From the NCBI GenBank assembly GCA_964508365.1, contig CAZDTP010000017.1, positions 1 through 64,000 of the forward strand: a DNA stretch of 64,000 nt, in the 5' to 3' direction. The translations under genes were made by a program, and so were the position numbers. A model generated the notes under the pieces. That model was not told the origin of the DNA, made no database searches, and saw nothing but the letters and a program-made list of their open reading frames with translations. The DNA comes from an uncultured archaeon (lineage in GTDB: Archaea; Asgardarchaeota; Lokiarchaeia; Sigyniarchaeales; SOKP01). Each line of letters opens with the position of its first letter. Positions within the stretch are counted from its first letter, which is position 1. Positions 1 to 10,288 of this stretch are shown here, one piece after another.

Positions 1-41
1 AAAAATTTCATTAAATCTAATTTAGTGAGAAAGATTAAATT

Positions 42-1223
42 ATGAACTCGAAAGAACGTGTGAAAGCAACTCTACTGTTTAAAAATCCCGATAGAGTTCC
101 AGTTTTTAATCTTGCAGCGGGTGATGTGTTTCCAATTATTATAACTCATTCTAAAAACTGGAAACCCGGTTGGAATGAGGGAGAAGAAGGCTTGTTTCCA
201 CATTTAAGAGGAAGTTATGGATGGGAAAGACCCCCTTGGGCTCAAGATAACCCATTATACGAAGGAATCAAATGGAAAAGCGTTCCCCACGAAGAAATTG
301 ACGAATGGGGATGTATTTGGAATATGAAAGGTAATGACAAAGATATGGGTCATCCAGGTAGGGCTTCCTTGGTAGATTGGGGTGATTATAACAGCTACAT
401 CAAGAAATATAATCCCAAAGCAGATGATGAGACAAGGTTTTTGGCAGCACATAGCATGCAAAAGAACGCGGGAAATGACCTTTATAAATTACTAATATTC
501 CCAACTCAAGGACCCTCTCATGTGGTTTCTGCTATGAGGGGTTTTAATAACTATTTAATTGATCACAGCAAACATCCTCAAGAATTAGAGAGAGCATTAG
601 AATTTGTGGCAGAATACCATGTAAATTTAATGAAAAACGCTTTAAAAAGCGGGATTAATATTCATGGTATCTTGCTAGTTGATGATTTAGGAGAGCAGAA
701 AGGCCCCTTCTTTAGTCCAAAAACATTTAAAACGCATTATGAATCTTCCTATAAATACGTTATTGACGAAGCACATAAACTTGGGTTAGATGTCCATCTT
801 CATTGTTGTGGTAAAATCGATCGATTACTCCCAGTTTTGATTGAATGGGGATTGGATGCTATCGAACTTGACAGCCCTAGAATGAGTGGTTATGTAGATT
901 TAAAACTTTACCGCGGTAAGATTATGTTTTGGGGGTGCGTAAATATACAGTCTATTTACTCATCGGGCACTCCAGAAGAAGTAGAAAGGGAAGTATGGCA
1001 CATGGTCAGGAACCTAGGTACAAAAAACGGTGGATACGGAGCCTATTTTTACGACGATCCAAAAGTAATTAAAGTACCACGAAAGAATATTAAAGCATTC
1101 ACAAAAGGACTTGAAAAATATGGTGACTACTCAAAAATTCCCTCTCATTGGTGGGATTATCCAACTATAGAAAACTGGAATGATTTTGAAGTTCCTCCTT
1201 TACCACCCTTAGATCTTAGCTAA
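42..1223 (+). CDS. Uroporphyrinogen decarboxylase (UroD/MtaA/CmuA-like) family protein
   Basis: N-terminal ERVKATL..KNPDRVPV, DDLGEQKGPFFSP, HLHCCG, and FWGCVNIQ..GTPEEVEREV are typical of the URO-D/methylcobamide:CoM methyltransferase TIM-barrel family. Confidence 0.8.
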   Translation: MNSKERVKATLLFKNPDRVPVFNLAAGDVFPIIITHSKNWKPGWNEGEEGLFPHLRGSYGWERPPWAQDNPLYEGIKWKSVPHEEIDEWGCIWNMKGNDKDMGHPGRASLVDWGDYNSYIKKYNPKADDETRFLAAHSMQKNAGNDLYKLLIFPTQGPSHVVSAMRGFNNYLIDHSKHPQELERALEFVAEYHVNLMKNALKSGINIHGILLVDDLGEQKGPFFSPKTFKTHYESSYKYVIDEAHKLGLDVHLHCCGKIDRLLPVLIEWGLDAIELDSPRMSGYVDLKLYRGKIMFWGCVNIQSIYSSGTPEEVEREVWHMVRNLGTKNGGYGAYFYDDPKVIKVPRKNIKAFTKGLEKYGDYSKIPSHWWDYPTIENWNDFEVPPLPPLDLS

Positions 1224-1245
1224 AATCAAAAGATATATTTAATAA

Positions 1246-3918
1246 TTATTTAAATCTAATTTCCCATTTTAAGGATTTATCACCTTTATTCTCGCCAATG
1301 AAGAGCAAAAAGCCTTTATCTATAGAATAATCGCTTTTGGCACCATTAATCGAGATGGATTTTATGTTTTTAAGCTCATCCTCGCTCATTTTAAAAGATA
1401 AGTTCCATTTACCTTCTTTCTTTGGATGGTACCATCCAGAATATCCATCATGGGATTTTATTAATCCAAAGAGAGAGGTTATTAATTTGAAACTATCTTT
1501 AGGTAAGGAAGGATTTATTTCTACCCCATTGCGAGTGAAAGTTAATCCCATTAAACGAGTTATGTCATATAGTGGCCATGCATGAGGATGTAAATTAAAA
1601 ACAGGAAAATCAGTCCAAGCTAACCCCATATGGCCAAGATGTTCTTCTCCATCTGCAATTTCTTGTTCTCCACTAATTAAACCTTCGTCAAATACGGTCT
1701 GCCCTGGATATTTAGATAGATCCGAATTATACGTATCTGGACCGCTCCAAATACCGTACCAAACATCCGGAAAATTTTCAGCATGGTAAGCAAGCGAATT
1801 TTTTTTCCATTCGTCCCAACCCATTTGTCCATCAACCAGTGAAAGAGCCCATATTAAAGTACCGTTTATCGAAGGCCATATACCAGCATTTACACCCTGC
1901 CCTATATTTCTTATACTCTCAATTCCTTTGCTATGAAGCCTTGCACCGATTTTTGATGGCTTTCTTACTAATTCATTAATGGATTGCACTAAAATCTTCT
2001 TTTCCCTATCATCAAGAACACTCCCAATAATAGCCCAAGGTTGAGGTTCTAACCACATTTGGTCATCACCTACCCAGCCCAGATCTTCTGTTAACCAGGC
2101 TCTTCTAAACCACCTACCTGTCCATTGCGCTCTAACTGCTTCTCTTTGGGATTCAGAATATTTCAAAACTTCAACAGCTAATTCAGATTCGTTTAAAAAA
2201 CTTAACATTTCAGAGTAAATTTTAAGTGAGAAAATAGCCATTGCGGCGTTTAAAACGCTTTCCCCTTCTTTTTGAATTTCTTTATGTTTCTCAGGTGGAA
2301 TGTTTCCAATTACAACTCCGTCGTTCCAATCTCCATTCGATATTCGTTGAAGTCCATGGAGTCCTGTCCCAGTTTTTTTAACTAGGTGACGATAGCATCT
2401 TTTCAATATTTCTCCGACATTTACTACCTCAACTCGAGATCCATAAACAGGATATCTTGAAATATCCTCGGAAAGGAAATCTATGTCTCGTGTACCAAGA
2501 ATGTATTCACTTGTCAGCCATAACAACCACATTTCTTGATCACTCGGTTTAAAAGGAACAATTAAAATTTGTCCGCTACCGGTGATGCCGTAGGGTATTT
2601 CTCCGCTCTTACGAACCGTTTTCAGAGTATACCTAATTACATTCTTAACGATGTCAGGATCGTTGTATATAAATGGTAACGCGTGCTGTAAAGAATCTCG
2701 AGCAGCCCCTTGAAATCCCATTATATATTGATAAACATGACCCTGAGAGAGGATATGTTCTTTAAAAAAGCTATCGTAGGTCATAGCGCTTCGCAAATAG
2801 TAATAATGCCAAAACACCTCGCGATTTATCCAAGCCTCGTCAAGGATTTGTAATTGTATCCTACTAGCTCTCCATCGCTCACAAGACTCTTTAAGCTTTG
2901 TGGATGTGTTAGTCTTGTATTTATTAATCAATAATTCCAGCTCGGAATTATCGGGTAGATATCCGTATAGAAAAGAAAAAGTACAGCTTTCACCTGGGTT
3001 CAAACTTACTTTCTGTTCTAAGAACATGGAGCTTTCTACTCCTGTCGAGTTAATGATATTATTTAGATCGTTTTTCAAACCATCAGGAGATTCAACGCTA
3101 CCTATACCAAAAAAATCTCTGCTATTCGTTTGCATTCCACTGATTTCCGAGTCTAAGGAGACTAAAAATGTTTTGGGAGGAAATTTATCGTCATAACTAG
3201 GTTGAAGGTTGTTCGGATCATATACCTTTTTCAGATTTTCAAAATATCTTTTATCTACAATTCCTGTGCGATTCTCGATTGGTTTGAATTCATGTTTGAG
3301 TTTATTGCTTGATTCGTGTCGGACATCTCTCGGATGTTTATTGGATGTTTTCGAAAGGATTCCCGCAAAAGCAGCAGAAGAAAACTGATATGTGTAACAT
3401 CCCCAATATTCGATCCAACGCAAATCTATTCGTTTTTTTCTATTATTGGTAATTGTAACCTGAGAAATTACCACGGGATCATCCCCAAACGGTGCGAAAA
3501 TAATTTGATTCACTGAATATCCTTTTCCACTCACTTTTTTTTGAAGATAACCAATTCCAAAAATTCGTTCGAATAAATCTGCATTTCCTGGATAATATGT
3601 GCTCAAATAATCATCGTTATCTGTTAGATAACCAAATCCTCCAGCATACTGACCTTGTTCTGGATTAAACTCATTTAAATATTTTGGACTTCCTTCATCC
3701 TGTCTTACTTGGACATATCCATAATTCGAAGCTACAGCAACCAGCCTATCGTTCCCAACTTGATGAAGGTGTTCTGTATTTGAACGCCACTTTTTGTTCA
3801 TTGGAGTTATAGCTTTTGGATCGTTTATTTGATCGCATGTATAACGATATGCTGGCAGTCCAAAATCGTCTTCAATCCATTCACCAAAATATCCTGAACC
3901 AAATTCTTTTTTATTCAT
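1246..3918 (-). CDS. GH94-like glycoside phosphorylase/hydrolase (cellobiose phosphorylase superfamily)
   Basis: 890 aa; GFQGAARDSLQH and NGDWNDG (catalytic-Asp-type motif) in an (alpha/alpha)6 region; WTGRWFRRAW. Confidence 0.7.
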   Translation of the reverse strand: MNKKEFGSGYFGEWIEDDFGLPAYRYTCDQINDPKAITPMNKKWRSNTEHLHQVGNDRLVAVASNYGYVQVRQDEGSPKYLNEFNPEQGQYAGGFGYLTDNDDYLSTYYPGNADLFERIFGIGYLQKKVSGKGYSVNQIIFAPFGDDPVVISQVTITNNRKKRIDLRWIEYWGCYTYQFSSAAFAGILSKTSNKHPRDVRHESSNKLKHEFKPIENRTGIVDKRYFENLKKVYDPNNLQPSYDDKFPPKTFLVSLDSEISGMQTNSRDFFGIGSVESPDGLKNDLNNIINSTGVESSMFLEQKVSLNPGESCTFSFLYGYLPDNSELELLINKYKTNTSTKLKESCERWRASRIQLQILDEAWINREVFWHYYYLRSAMTYDSFFKEHILSQGHVYQYIMGFQGAARDSLQHALPFIYNDPDIVKNVIRYTLKTVRKSGEIPYGITGSGQILIVPFKPSDQEMWLLWLTSEYILGTRDIDFLSEDISRYPVYGSRVEVVNVGEILKRCYRHLVKKTGTGLHGLQRISNGDWNDGVVIGNIPPEKHKEIQKEGESVLNAAMAIFSLKIYSEMLSFLNESELAVEVLKYSESQREAVRAQWTGRWFRRAWLTEDLGWVGDDQMWLEPQPWAIIGSVLDDREKKILVQSINELVRKPSKIGARLHSKGIESIRNIGQGVNAGIWPSINGTLIWALSLVDGQMGWDEWKKNSLAYHAENFPDVWYGIWSGPDTYNSDLSKYPGQTVFDEGLISGEQEIADGEEHLGHMGLAWTDFPVFNLHPHAWPLYDITRLMGLTFTRNGVEINPSLPKDSFKLITSLFGLIKSHDGYSGWYHPKKEGKWNLSFKMSEDELKNIKSISINGAKSDYSIDKGFLLFIGENKGDKSLKWEIRFK

Positions 3919-3966
3919 TTTATTAAGACTCTTTTATTTTTATTTTTAATATTTCATACCAATTTA

Positions 3967-5547
3967 TTAAAATCCACAATCTCTTGGAACTGATTTGCTA
4001 ATGTTAGAGGTTTTTTTGAATAATTTTAAAAATAATTCTAATTTTGTCTCATTGAAACAACTATCGTTCCATAAATTATTTAATTCGTTCGGATCTTCCT
4101 TTAAATTATATAAATCTCCATGATCGCTAAAAATAGTAATTCTCCAATCATCTGTAATTAAAGTTCTCGTTTTTTCATTATTATGGTCATCATCCATTTC
4201 GATAAGGACATCATTTTCTACATTTTCTTCAGGATTTTGTAATAATGGAATTAAACTCTCTCCTTGCATAAAATTGGGAATGGAAATTCCAGCTAAATCT
4301 AAGATTGTTTCAGGAATATCAATTGAACTGGCTAAAGAACTGCAATCTTTATTTTTCTGCCCATTTGGTATCTTTATTAAGAAAGGAATTTTAATTAAAC
4401 CCTGGTATAAAAATGGCCCTTTAAAGAAGAATCTGTGGTCTCCACCGAGATCACCGTGATCTGTAGTGAAAATTATAACTGTACTTTCGGATAAACCAAA
4501 TTTATTTAAAGAGGCTAAAACATCTCCTACAGCGTCATCAATCATTTTTTCCACTCCATATGACGCAGCAATTACTTGTTTTGCATCCTCTTCTGTTATA
4601 TCTTTTGGAACTGGAAAGATTCCTCTTTCAGTTCCTTCACTTCTTATTAGAGTATTGAAGTGTTTTCTATTGAACTCTGAACTATTTTTATGATCATCAT
4701 TAAATGTTTTAGGGAGTATCACATCCTGGGGTTTATACATATCAAAATATCTCCCTGGTGGTGAGAATGGGTGGTGAGGGTCTGGGAAAGAACAGAAAAC
4801 AAGAAAATTCTTCTTGGGATAACTCCCCTCTGAAAATCTCTTCAAAAATTCAATTGTGTTTTCTTTAACAAAGGTTGTAGAATACAGTTCTTCAGGAATT
4901 TTATGTTTTACCACTTGTATCTTTATTAGAGGGTCTGTGGTGTTTAAACTTATGTTAAGTTTTGTTTGGATCATACTATCGGGATTACTTAACTTTATCC
5001 TAAGAGGTTTTCCTAAGGAGGGATCTCTTTCTATCTTTTTTTTTACCCAATTTATGTAATCTGGATGACCACACAGAGTACCATGACCTGAGACTAGTTT
5101 TTTTTCATCTAATCCAAAATAAGGCGAATAATTAGTTAAATTATCATATTGTCTAGGATGAGCAAATTCTTGACTTTTAATAGGGTTTTGGAAACGACCA
5201 GAGTTTGCTCCAAAATAATTTAAGTGAATTTTCCCAAAACTCGCTGTGTGATAAATTCCTGAATTAAGCAATATATCAACAAAAGTATTTGAACCTTGAG
5301 GTAAATTTCGTCCATTAGTAGTTACTCCGTGAACTGAAGGATATTGTCCGGTGTATATGGTACTTCGATTAGGCATACAGATGGGATTATTGCAATAGAA
5401 ATTGGTGAATTTAATTCCATTTTTAGCAATGCTATCAATATTGGGTGTTTTTAAGATCATCTTATCGTTGTAACAACTTAAATGATCTAATCGCTGTTGA
5501 TCGGTTATAATGAATAAAAAGTTTAATTTCTGGCTAATTTTTATCAC
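3967..5547 (-). CDS. Formylglycine-dependent sulfatase
   Basis: FIITDQQR, CMPNRSTIYTG (CxPxR), GKIH, DPHHPF, TTDHGD..GDH..FFKG; GTG start. Confidence 0.9.
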   Translation of the reverse strand: MIKISQKLNFLFIITDQQRLDHLSCYNDKMILKTPNIDSIAKNGIKFTNFYCNNPICMPNRSTIYTGQYPSVHGVTTNGRNLPQGSNTFVDILLNSGIYHTASFGKIHLNYFGANSGRFQNPIKSQEFAHPRQYDNLTNYSPYFGLDEKKLVSGHGTLCGHPDYINWVKKKIERDPSLGKPLRIKLSNPDSMIQTKLNISLNTTDPLIKIQVVKHKIPEELYSTTFVKENTIEFLKRFSEGSYPKKNFLVFCSFPDPHHPFSPPGRYFDMYKPQDVILPKTFNDDHKNSSEFNRKHFNTLIRSEGTERGIFPVPKDITEEDAKQVIAASYGVEKMIDDAVGDVLASLNKFGLSESTVIIFTTDHGDLGGDHRFFFKGPFLYQGLIKIPFLIKIPNGQKNKDCSSLASSIDIPETILDLAGISIPNFMQGESLIPLLQNPEENVENDVLIEMDDDHNNEKTRTLITDDWRITIFSDHGDLYNLKEDPNELNNLWNDSCFNETKLELFLKLFKKTSNISKSVPRDCGF

Positions 5548-5567
5548 AAATTATTATTATGTATGAA

Positions 5568-5587
5568 TTTGAATCGAGTAATTCAAA
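5568..5587. promoter_or_regulatory. Candidate operator, perfect 7-6-7 palindrome TTTGAAT-CGAGTA-ATTCAAA, between the divergent sulfatase and sugar transporter
   Basis: Read directly from the sequence; the ATTCAAA half-site recurs within a 12-bp direct repeat AACATATTCAAA at 5586-5597 and 5688-5699. Confidence 0.4.
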
Positions 5588-5726
5588 CATATTCAAAAAA
5601 GTTATGGTTGATCTTCAATTCATTGATAAAAGTGGAAGAACTCGATAAATAAAAAGAAACTATAAAACTATAAAAATATGTAAAAAGAACATATTCAAAT
5701 AAAAATAAAAAAATATCAGAATAATA

Positions 5727-7106
5727 ATGTCAGATGAAAAATTACCCAGAAAACAAGTTTCGGGATACATAACAGGGATGATCCCTCTAACCATAATCCT
5801 TGGTGTCTTTCGATTAGGATATATAAAATTCTTTTATGATTCATTGGGTTTAAACGATGTTCTCTTCATCATCGGAATGACTATATTTATGATTATCAAC
5901 ATGTTAAATGATCCCCTCATTGGCCAATGGCAAGATAATACGGATGTAAAGAAATGGGGTAGCCGAAGAATAGTTTATATTAAATGGTTTAGTCCACTAT
6001 TGGTGATAGTGTTTGCTTTTATGTGGTTCCCTTGGAGTACCGATGCAGCTACTCCTATCGGGCAATTTGTAATGTTCCTCCATTTTTTGATAAGTATAAG
6101 CATTTTTGATACACTTTCTAACATCGTGACAATGGCTTGGATGGCTTTACTTCCCGATATGACAAGTGATCTTGGAGAACGTACTAGGATCAACTTTTTA
6201 GGTGGTATTCTTGCACTTTTTGCGAGTTTTGCCGTGATACTAGTCCCTACAATGGTAGATAATAGAGAATTTTTTCAAATGTTTAACATCGTAGTAGCAT
6301 TGATTAGTTACATCTGTTATGTGCTTGTTGTAAAGTTTTCGAAAGAAAGCCCTGAACATCAGCATGATCGTAGTCCTCCCTTATGGACGGCAATAAAACA
6401 AACGGTAAAATCAAAATCGTTCATGATGTTTGTAGGATATAATTTCTTCAAGACGATGATTGCTTCAATACAACTCTCGTATGTCTTTCTATTTTTGATT
6501 TTAATCGGTCCTGAAAACGTAGGATTATACTTTTTAATCGTAATAATAGTTGGTTGGAGTTCAAATATTCTTTGCATGAAACTAAGAAAGAGATTTGGAT
6601 TTAAAAAATTGCTACTTCAGTTCACAACTATTCAATTCATTGGGGGATTTATTCTATTCTTCTTGGTTTTAATTCCTTCAATCTCAATTCCAGCGATGTG
6701 GATAGGACTTGCATTCTCGGCATTCTTTGGTGGTGCAGGCGTGTTTGGAGTGATAATGCAAACATTACCTATTGATGAAGATGAAGTGAAATATGGATCT
6801 CGGCGAGAAGGGATGTTTTTTGGTATTAATGCCTTGTTTACTAAACCAACTGAAAGCATTGGTCCTATTATTGTGACTATTGTACTTGTATTAACAGGAT
6901 ATGTACAAAATTCTCCCGTTCAAACAGATTCGGCGATGTTTGGAATAATTTTTGTATTTTATTTTATTGTTAATATATTTGTAGCGTTAAGTCTTATTTT
7001 TGCTTACAAATTTCCACTAGAAGGTGAAAAACTGCAACAACTAGAAACGGAGCTCGAAGAATTACATAAGAAAAAACGAGAAGGAGTAGTTTCAAAAAAT
7101 TTATAG
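5727..7106 (+). CDS. MFS transporter, glycoside-pentoside-hexuronide (MelB-like) family
   Basis: About 12 TM helices; NDPLIGQWQD, WGSRR, ALLPDMT..ERT, RREGMFFG motifs. Confidence 0.85.
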   Translation: MSDEKLPRKQVSGYITGMIPLTIILGVFRLGYIKFFYDSLGLNDVLFIIGMTIFMIINMLNDPLIGQWQDNTDVKKWGSRRIVYIKWFSPLLVIVFAFMWFPWSTDAATPIGQFVMFLHFLISISIFDTLSNIVTMAWMALLPDMTSDLGERTRINFLGGILALFASFAVILVPTMVDNREFFQMFNIVVALISYICYVLVVKFSKESPEHQHDRSPPLWTAIKQTVKSKSFMMFVGYNFFKTMIASIQLSYVFLFLILIGPENVGLYFLIVIIVGWSSNILCMKLRKRFGFKKLLLQFTTIQFIGGFILFFLVLIPSISIPAMWIGLAFSAFFGGAGVFGVIMQTLPIDEDEVKYGSRREGMFFGINALFTKPTESIGPIIVTIVLVLTGYVQNSPVQTDSAMFGIIFVFYFIVNIFVALSLIFAYKFPLEGEKLQQLETELEELHKKKREGVVSKNL

Positions 7107-7180
7107 TAAAACAAGCACTTATCAGACTGTAAATCTGCGATAAACAATAATTTCCTTTTTTTTTTGAGGTTTAAAATATT

Positions 7181-8419
7181 ATGTATGATTTAGTAATTAT
7201 CGGAGGCGGTCCAGCTGGAGCAACAGCTGCAAAAATTGCCGCAGAATGTAATGCAAAGGTGTTGTTGCTTGAATCCGCTGAAGAAGGACGATATAAATGT
7301 TGTGCTGGAGGTATCCCAATTAGAAATGAGGAATTCACATCAATTCCTCATGGAGTCGGCGATCGTGAAATTACTGGTGGAGTCTTATTTACACCTAAAA
7401 GTGGACCAATGGAATTCGAAGCTTCGGGAAAAAATAACAAAGGTTTTTGTATGTTTCGAACTGACTTTGATAAATATTTAGTAAATATTGCTCAAGATGC
7501 CGGTGCTCAAATAAAATACAAATTTCGGGTAAAAAAAATTGAGATCAATAAGAGATCAGGCGTAAAAATAATAGGACCTGAAGATTATCAAAGTAAGTGT
7601 GTTATCCTTGCAACTGGATTGGGTGGAGCTCAATTACAAAGAAATCTTGGTATGGAGGTTCCACCAATGGTAAGTGGAATACAAGCGGAATTTAGCGTCC
7701 CAGAATCTGTTATAGACGAACAGTTTGGTAATCGAGTCTGGGAATTTTTCGATCGCAGTTTAATTGAACACGGAATTGCGTGGGTCTTCCCGAAAAGCCA
7801 GGCATTAAGCATTGGAGTTCTAGGTAATGGGGTGAAAATAACTCATTTTAAAGCTTTTCTAAAGAATCCATTCATAAAGGAGAAAATCGAAGGCAGGGAG
7901 ATGAAGATTTTTGGAGGTCGGAAAGTCTGGGCAGCGCCTATACCTGATCGAATGGTCACAAAACCTTACCGTGAGCGAGTTATGGTAATTGGAGATGCTT
8001 GTGGAACAGCAGATCCTATTTTATACGAAGGAATTTATCAAGCGCGATTATCAGGTAAAATTGCCGGAGAAGTTTTTTGTCAGTCACTTGAAAAAGAGGA
8101 TTTTGGAGAATCTGAACTTGCAAAATACAATGAACTACTATTAAAACACCTCTACGAAGAAGATTTGAGGTATTCCTATAAATTTCATTACCTTTTGTAT
8201 CATAGTGGTCTCTTGGAACAAGTCATCGAAGCATCTTATTCAATGGCTCAAGACGACCAAGAAATGATGCAATCGACTATCGCGTTATTCACAGGAAGCG
8301 AAACTAGGAAACATAGCTGGGAGGTCATGATGTCTCGCAAGTGGAAACTAGTAAAACTTTTAGGTATTAAGAATAGTATGAAGCTTTTCCCAACTTTATT
8401 TCACGCTCTCCGAATTTAA
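7181..8419 (+). CDS. Geranylgeranyl reductase family FAD-dependent oxidoreductase
   Basis: GGGPAG dinucleotide motif, CCAGGI, RTDFDKYL, AWVFPK, GDACG..DP...EGI. Confidence 0.85.
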   Translation: MYDLVIIGGGPAGATAAKIAAECNAKVLLLESAEEGRYKCCAGGIPIRNEEFTSIPHGVGDREITGGVLFTPKSGPMEFEASGKNNKGFCMFRTDFDKYLVNIAQDAGAQIKYKFRVKKIEINKRSGVKIIGPEDYQSKCVILATGLGGAQLQRNLGMEVPPMVSGIQAEFSVPESVIDEQFGNRVWEFFDRSLIEHGIAWVFPKSQALSIGVLGNGVKITHFKAFLKNPFIKEKIEGREMKIFGGRKVWAAPIPDRMVTKPYRERVMVIGDACGTADPILYEGIYQARLSGKIAGEVFCQSLEKEDFGESELAKYNELLLKHLYEEDLRYSYKFHYLLYHSGLLEQVIEASYSMAQDDQEMMQSTIALFTGSETRKHSWEVMMSRKWKLVKLLGIKNSMKLFPTLFHALRI

Positions 8420-8452
8420 CAAAGAAAAGATAGTCGGATTAATTCTTAAATT

Positions 8453-9394
8453 CTATTTAATTTTTTTATACATTGGATAGAAAATTGGTGAAATGTAAGC
8501 TCCAATTACTTTGGAGTAAAATTTAACAGTGTCGCCGGTTACCCACATAATTTCACATATATCTAATTCATTTTGTTTAATGTCCCATAAACACCATAAG
8601 AAGAGTTCAGTACCAATTCCTTTTCCACGTAACGCCTCCATAACTCCCGTTGGTCCAAAGGAGCCGGGAAAAAACTGACTATGTGTAGCCCATCCAACTA
8701 TATTATTGTTTACATCTTTTGCAATAAAAGTGGTTGGAGGATTTAAGTTAAATGAGAATCTGACTTCATCGCACCAAGTGCTGAGTGGAAAATGTTGCCT
8801 TACAAAATCAAAGGTTTTATCAAAATCTTTAGGTTGAACGCGTTCGTATTCGTATCTTTCCTTTTTCGACGCAGGTTCATTTTTAATGATGTCCAGAGAA
8901 ACTGTGAGGTTAAATATAGCTTTGGTGGCTTTAAATCCATGTTTTTTTAAAAAGAAATATAGACTAGTATTGCGTATATCAACTCCGGGTTGCCAATATT
9001 CAGGAACGCTAGGACCATATATGAATTGAGTTATTTCTTTCTCTTTAGCCCGCCTTAACAATTCATAAAACATCTTAGAACCAAGTCCTTGTCGTCTGTA
9101 TTGCTTGTCGACTACGCATCCCTTAAAGAAACAATGGTTTTCATTTATTTCTTTTCTCTTTACAATGATAAAAGCAGCGATCGGCTTATTTATTTCTGGA
9201 TTAAATAAGATCAAGGACAGATTTTGATCAAAACCATCGTCTTCAAGAGTACCCCTCCGAAAATAATCAAAGGGTATCGAGAAAAAGCGGGAATTAGTTT
9301 CAAATAGTTGATATATGCTCTGAATATTTTCCATTGATAATTTTTTATAAACCATTTTATTTAGAGCCATCTGCTTGTGATTAAGTTCTTCCAT
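8453..9394 (-). CDS. Tandem GNAT-family N-acetyltransferase
   Basis: Two acetyl-CoA binding motifs (VDKQYRRQGLG; GPTGVMEALRGKGIG). Confidence 0.8.
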   Translation of the reverse strand: MEELNHKQMALNKMVYKKLSMENIQSIYQLFETNSRFFSIPFDYFRRGTLEDDGFDQNLSLILFNPEINKPIAAFIIVKRKEINENHCFFKGCVVDKQYRRQGLGSKMFYELLRRAKEKEITQFIYGPSVPEYWQPGVDIRNTSLYFFLKKHGFKATKAIFNLTVSLDIIKNEPASKKERYEYERVQPKDFDKTFDFVRQHFPLSTWCDEVRFSFNLNPPTTFIAKDVNNNIVGWATHSQFFPGSFGPTGVMEALRGKGIGTELFLWCLWDIKQNELDICEIMWVTGDTVKFYSKVIGAYISPIFYPMYKKIK

Positions 9395-9423
9395 TTAAAA
9401 AAAATTTTTTTTAATTAAAAAGA

Positions 9424-10131
9424 TTATAGAAGTCCTATTATATCTATCAAATTTCCCTTATAAGTTGGTTCGGGAGTTTCAGCACTCAAATTTGTGTTTG
9501 AATTATTTACTAAGAATGTTTGCGAGCCTAATTTAGAACACACCATATCCTTATCTTCGTCCCCTACCATCATGCATTCTTTAGCAGAGAGATTAAGATA
9601 TTTAAATATCAATTGATAATAAAGGAGATTCGGCTTCGTGGCATATGAATTTTCAATACTGGTTATGAGATCGTACGGAAAATCGCCAATTCCTGCCCAA
9701 TCAAGACGCTGCTCTATAGCTGTTAACGGAAAAACGGGCGTTGTTGCAATTACAACTTTGTAACCTTTGTTAAATGCGGTTTGAATAACTTTTCGTGCTT
9801 CTGGTTTCTTTTTTGTAAATTTTTGTAGTTTCTTAAATTCTTCCTCGTAAAATTTATCAAAAAGTGGCTGAATCTCGTCCTTTTTATAGCCTTCAACAGG
9901 AAAAAAAGCATTTGAAAATGCTTCCTCGTTTGGAATTTTACCATCGTTACGATTTACGAATTCAGAGGCTTTCAATATGGCTGGAACCATCTTTTTAGGA
10001 GGGATTAAATGAGCTACACTATTCGCCAATAGTTTTAAATATCCTGGAATAAACTGGCGTAAATCGAAATGTATTAAAGTTCCATCTAAGTCGAATAAGA
10101 TTGCTTTAAGTTGTCCCATAATTTTCCGCAA
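9424..10131 (-). CDS. HAD-superfamily hydrolase
   Basis: FDLDGT motif I, ATT motif II, KP motif III, GDEDKD motif IV. Confidence 0.85.
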   Translation of the reverse strand: MRKIMGQLKAILFDLDGTLIHFDLRQFIPGYLKLLANSVAHLIPPKKMVPAILKASEFVNRNDGKIPNEEAFSNAFFPVEGYKKDEIQPLFDKFYEEEFKKLQKFTKKKPEARKVIQTAFNKGYKVVIATTPVFPLTAIEQRLDWAGIGDFPYDLITSIENSYATKPNLLYYQLIFKYLNLSAKECMMVGDEDKDMVCSKLGSQTFLVNNSNTNLSAETPEPTYKGNLIDIIGLL

Positions 10132-10288
10132 ATTAATTTAAATGTTATACATTAAATCTAAATCATATTAGCAAATAAAGTTATAATAATTTGAAAATCA
10201 CAATAAATAGTAAAAAAAATATTAATAGAATTCTACAATTAATATAATAATATTAATTTTCAATAATTCCTTTTGGACACTATAGACT

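Noticed and set aside
10141-10170. TGTATA-centred sequence (reverse strand) resembling the E. coli dif spacer
   Set aside because: The arms are not inverted and do not match ATAA/TTAT; chance in AT-rich DNA
10237-10258. 9-4-9 palindrome AATTAATAT-AATA-ATATTAATT upstream of the arrestin-like gene
   Set aside because: Made only of A/T in a very AT-rich intergenic region; expected by chance
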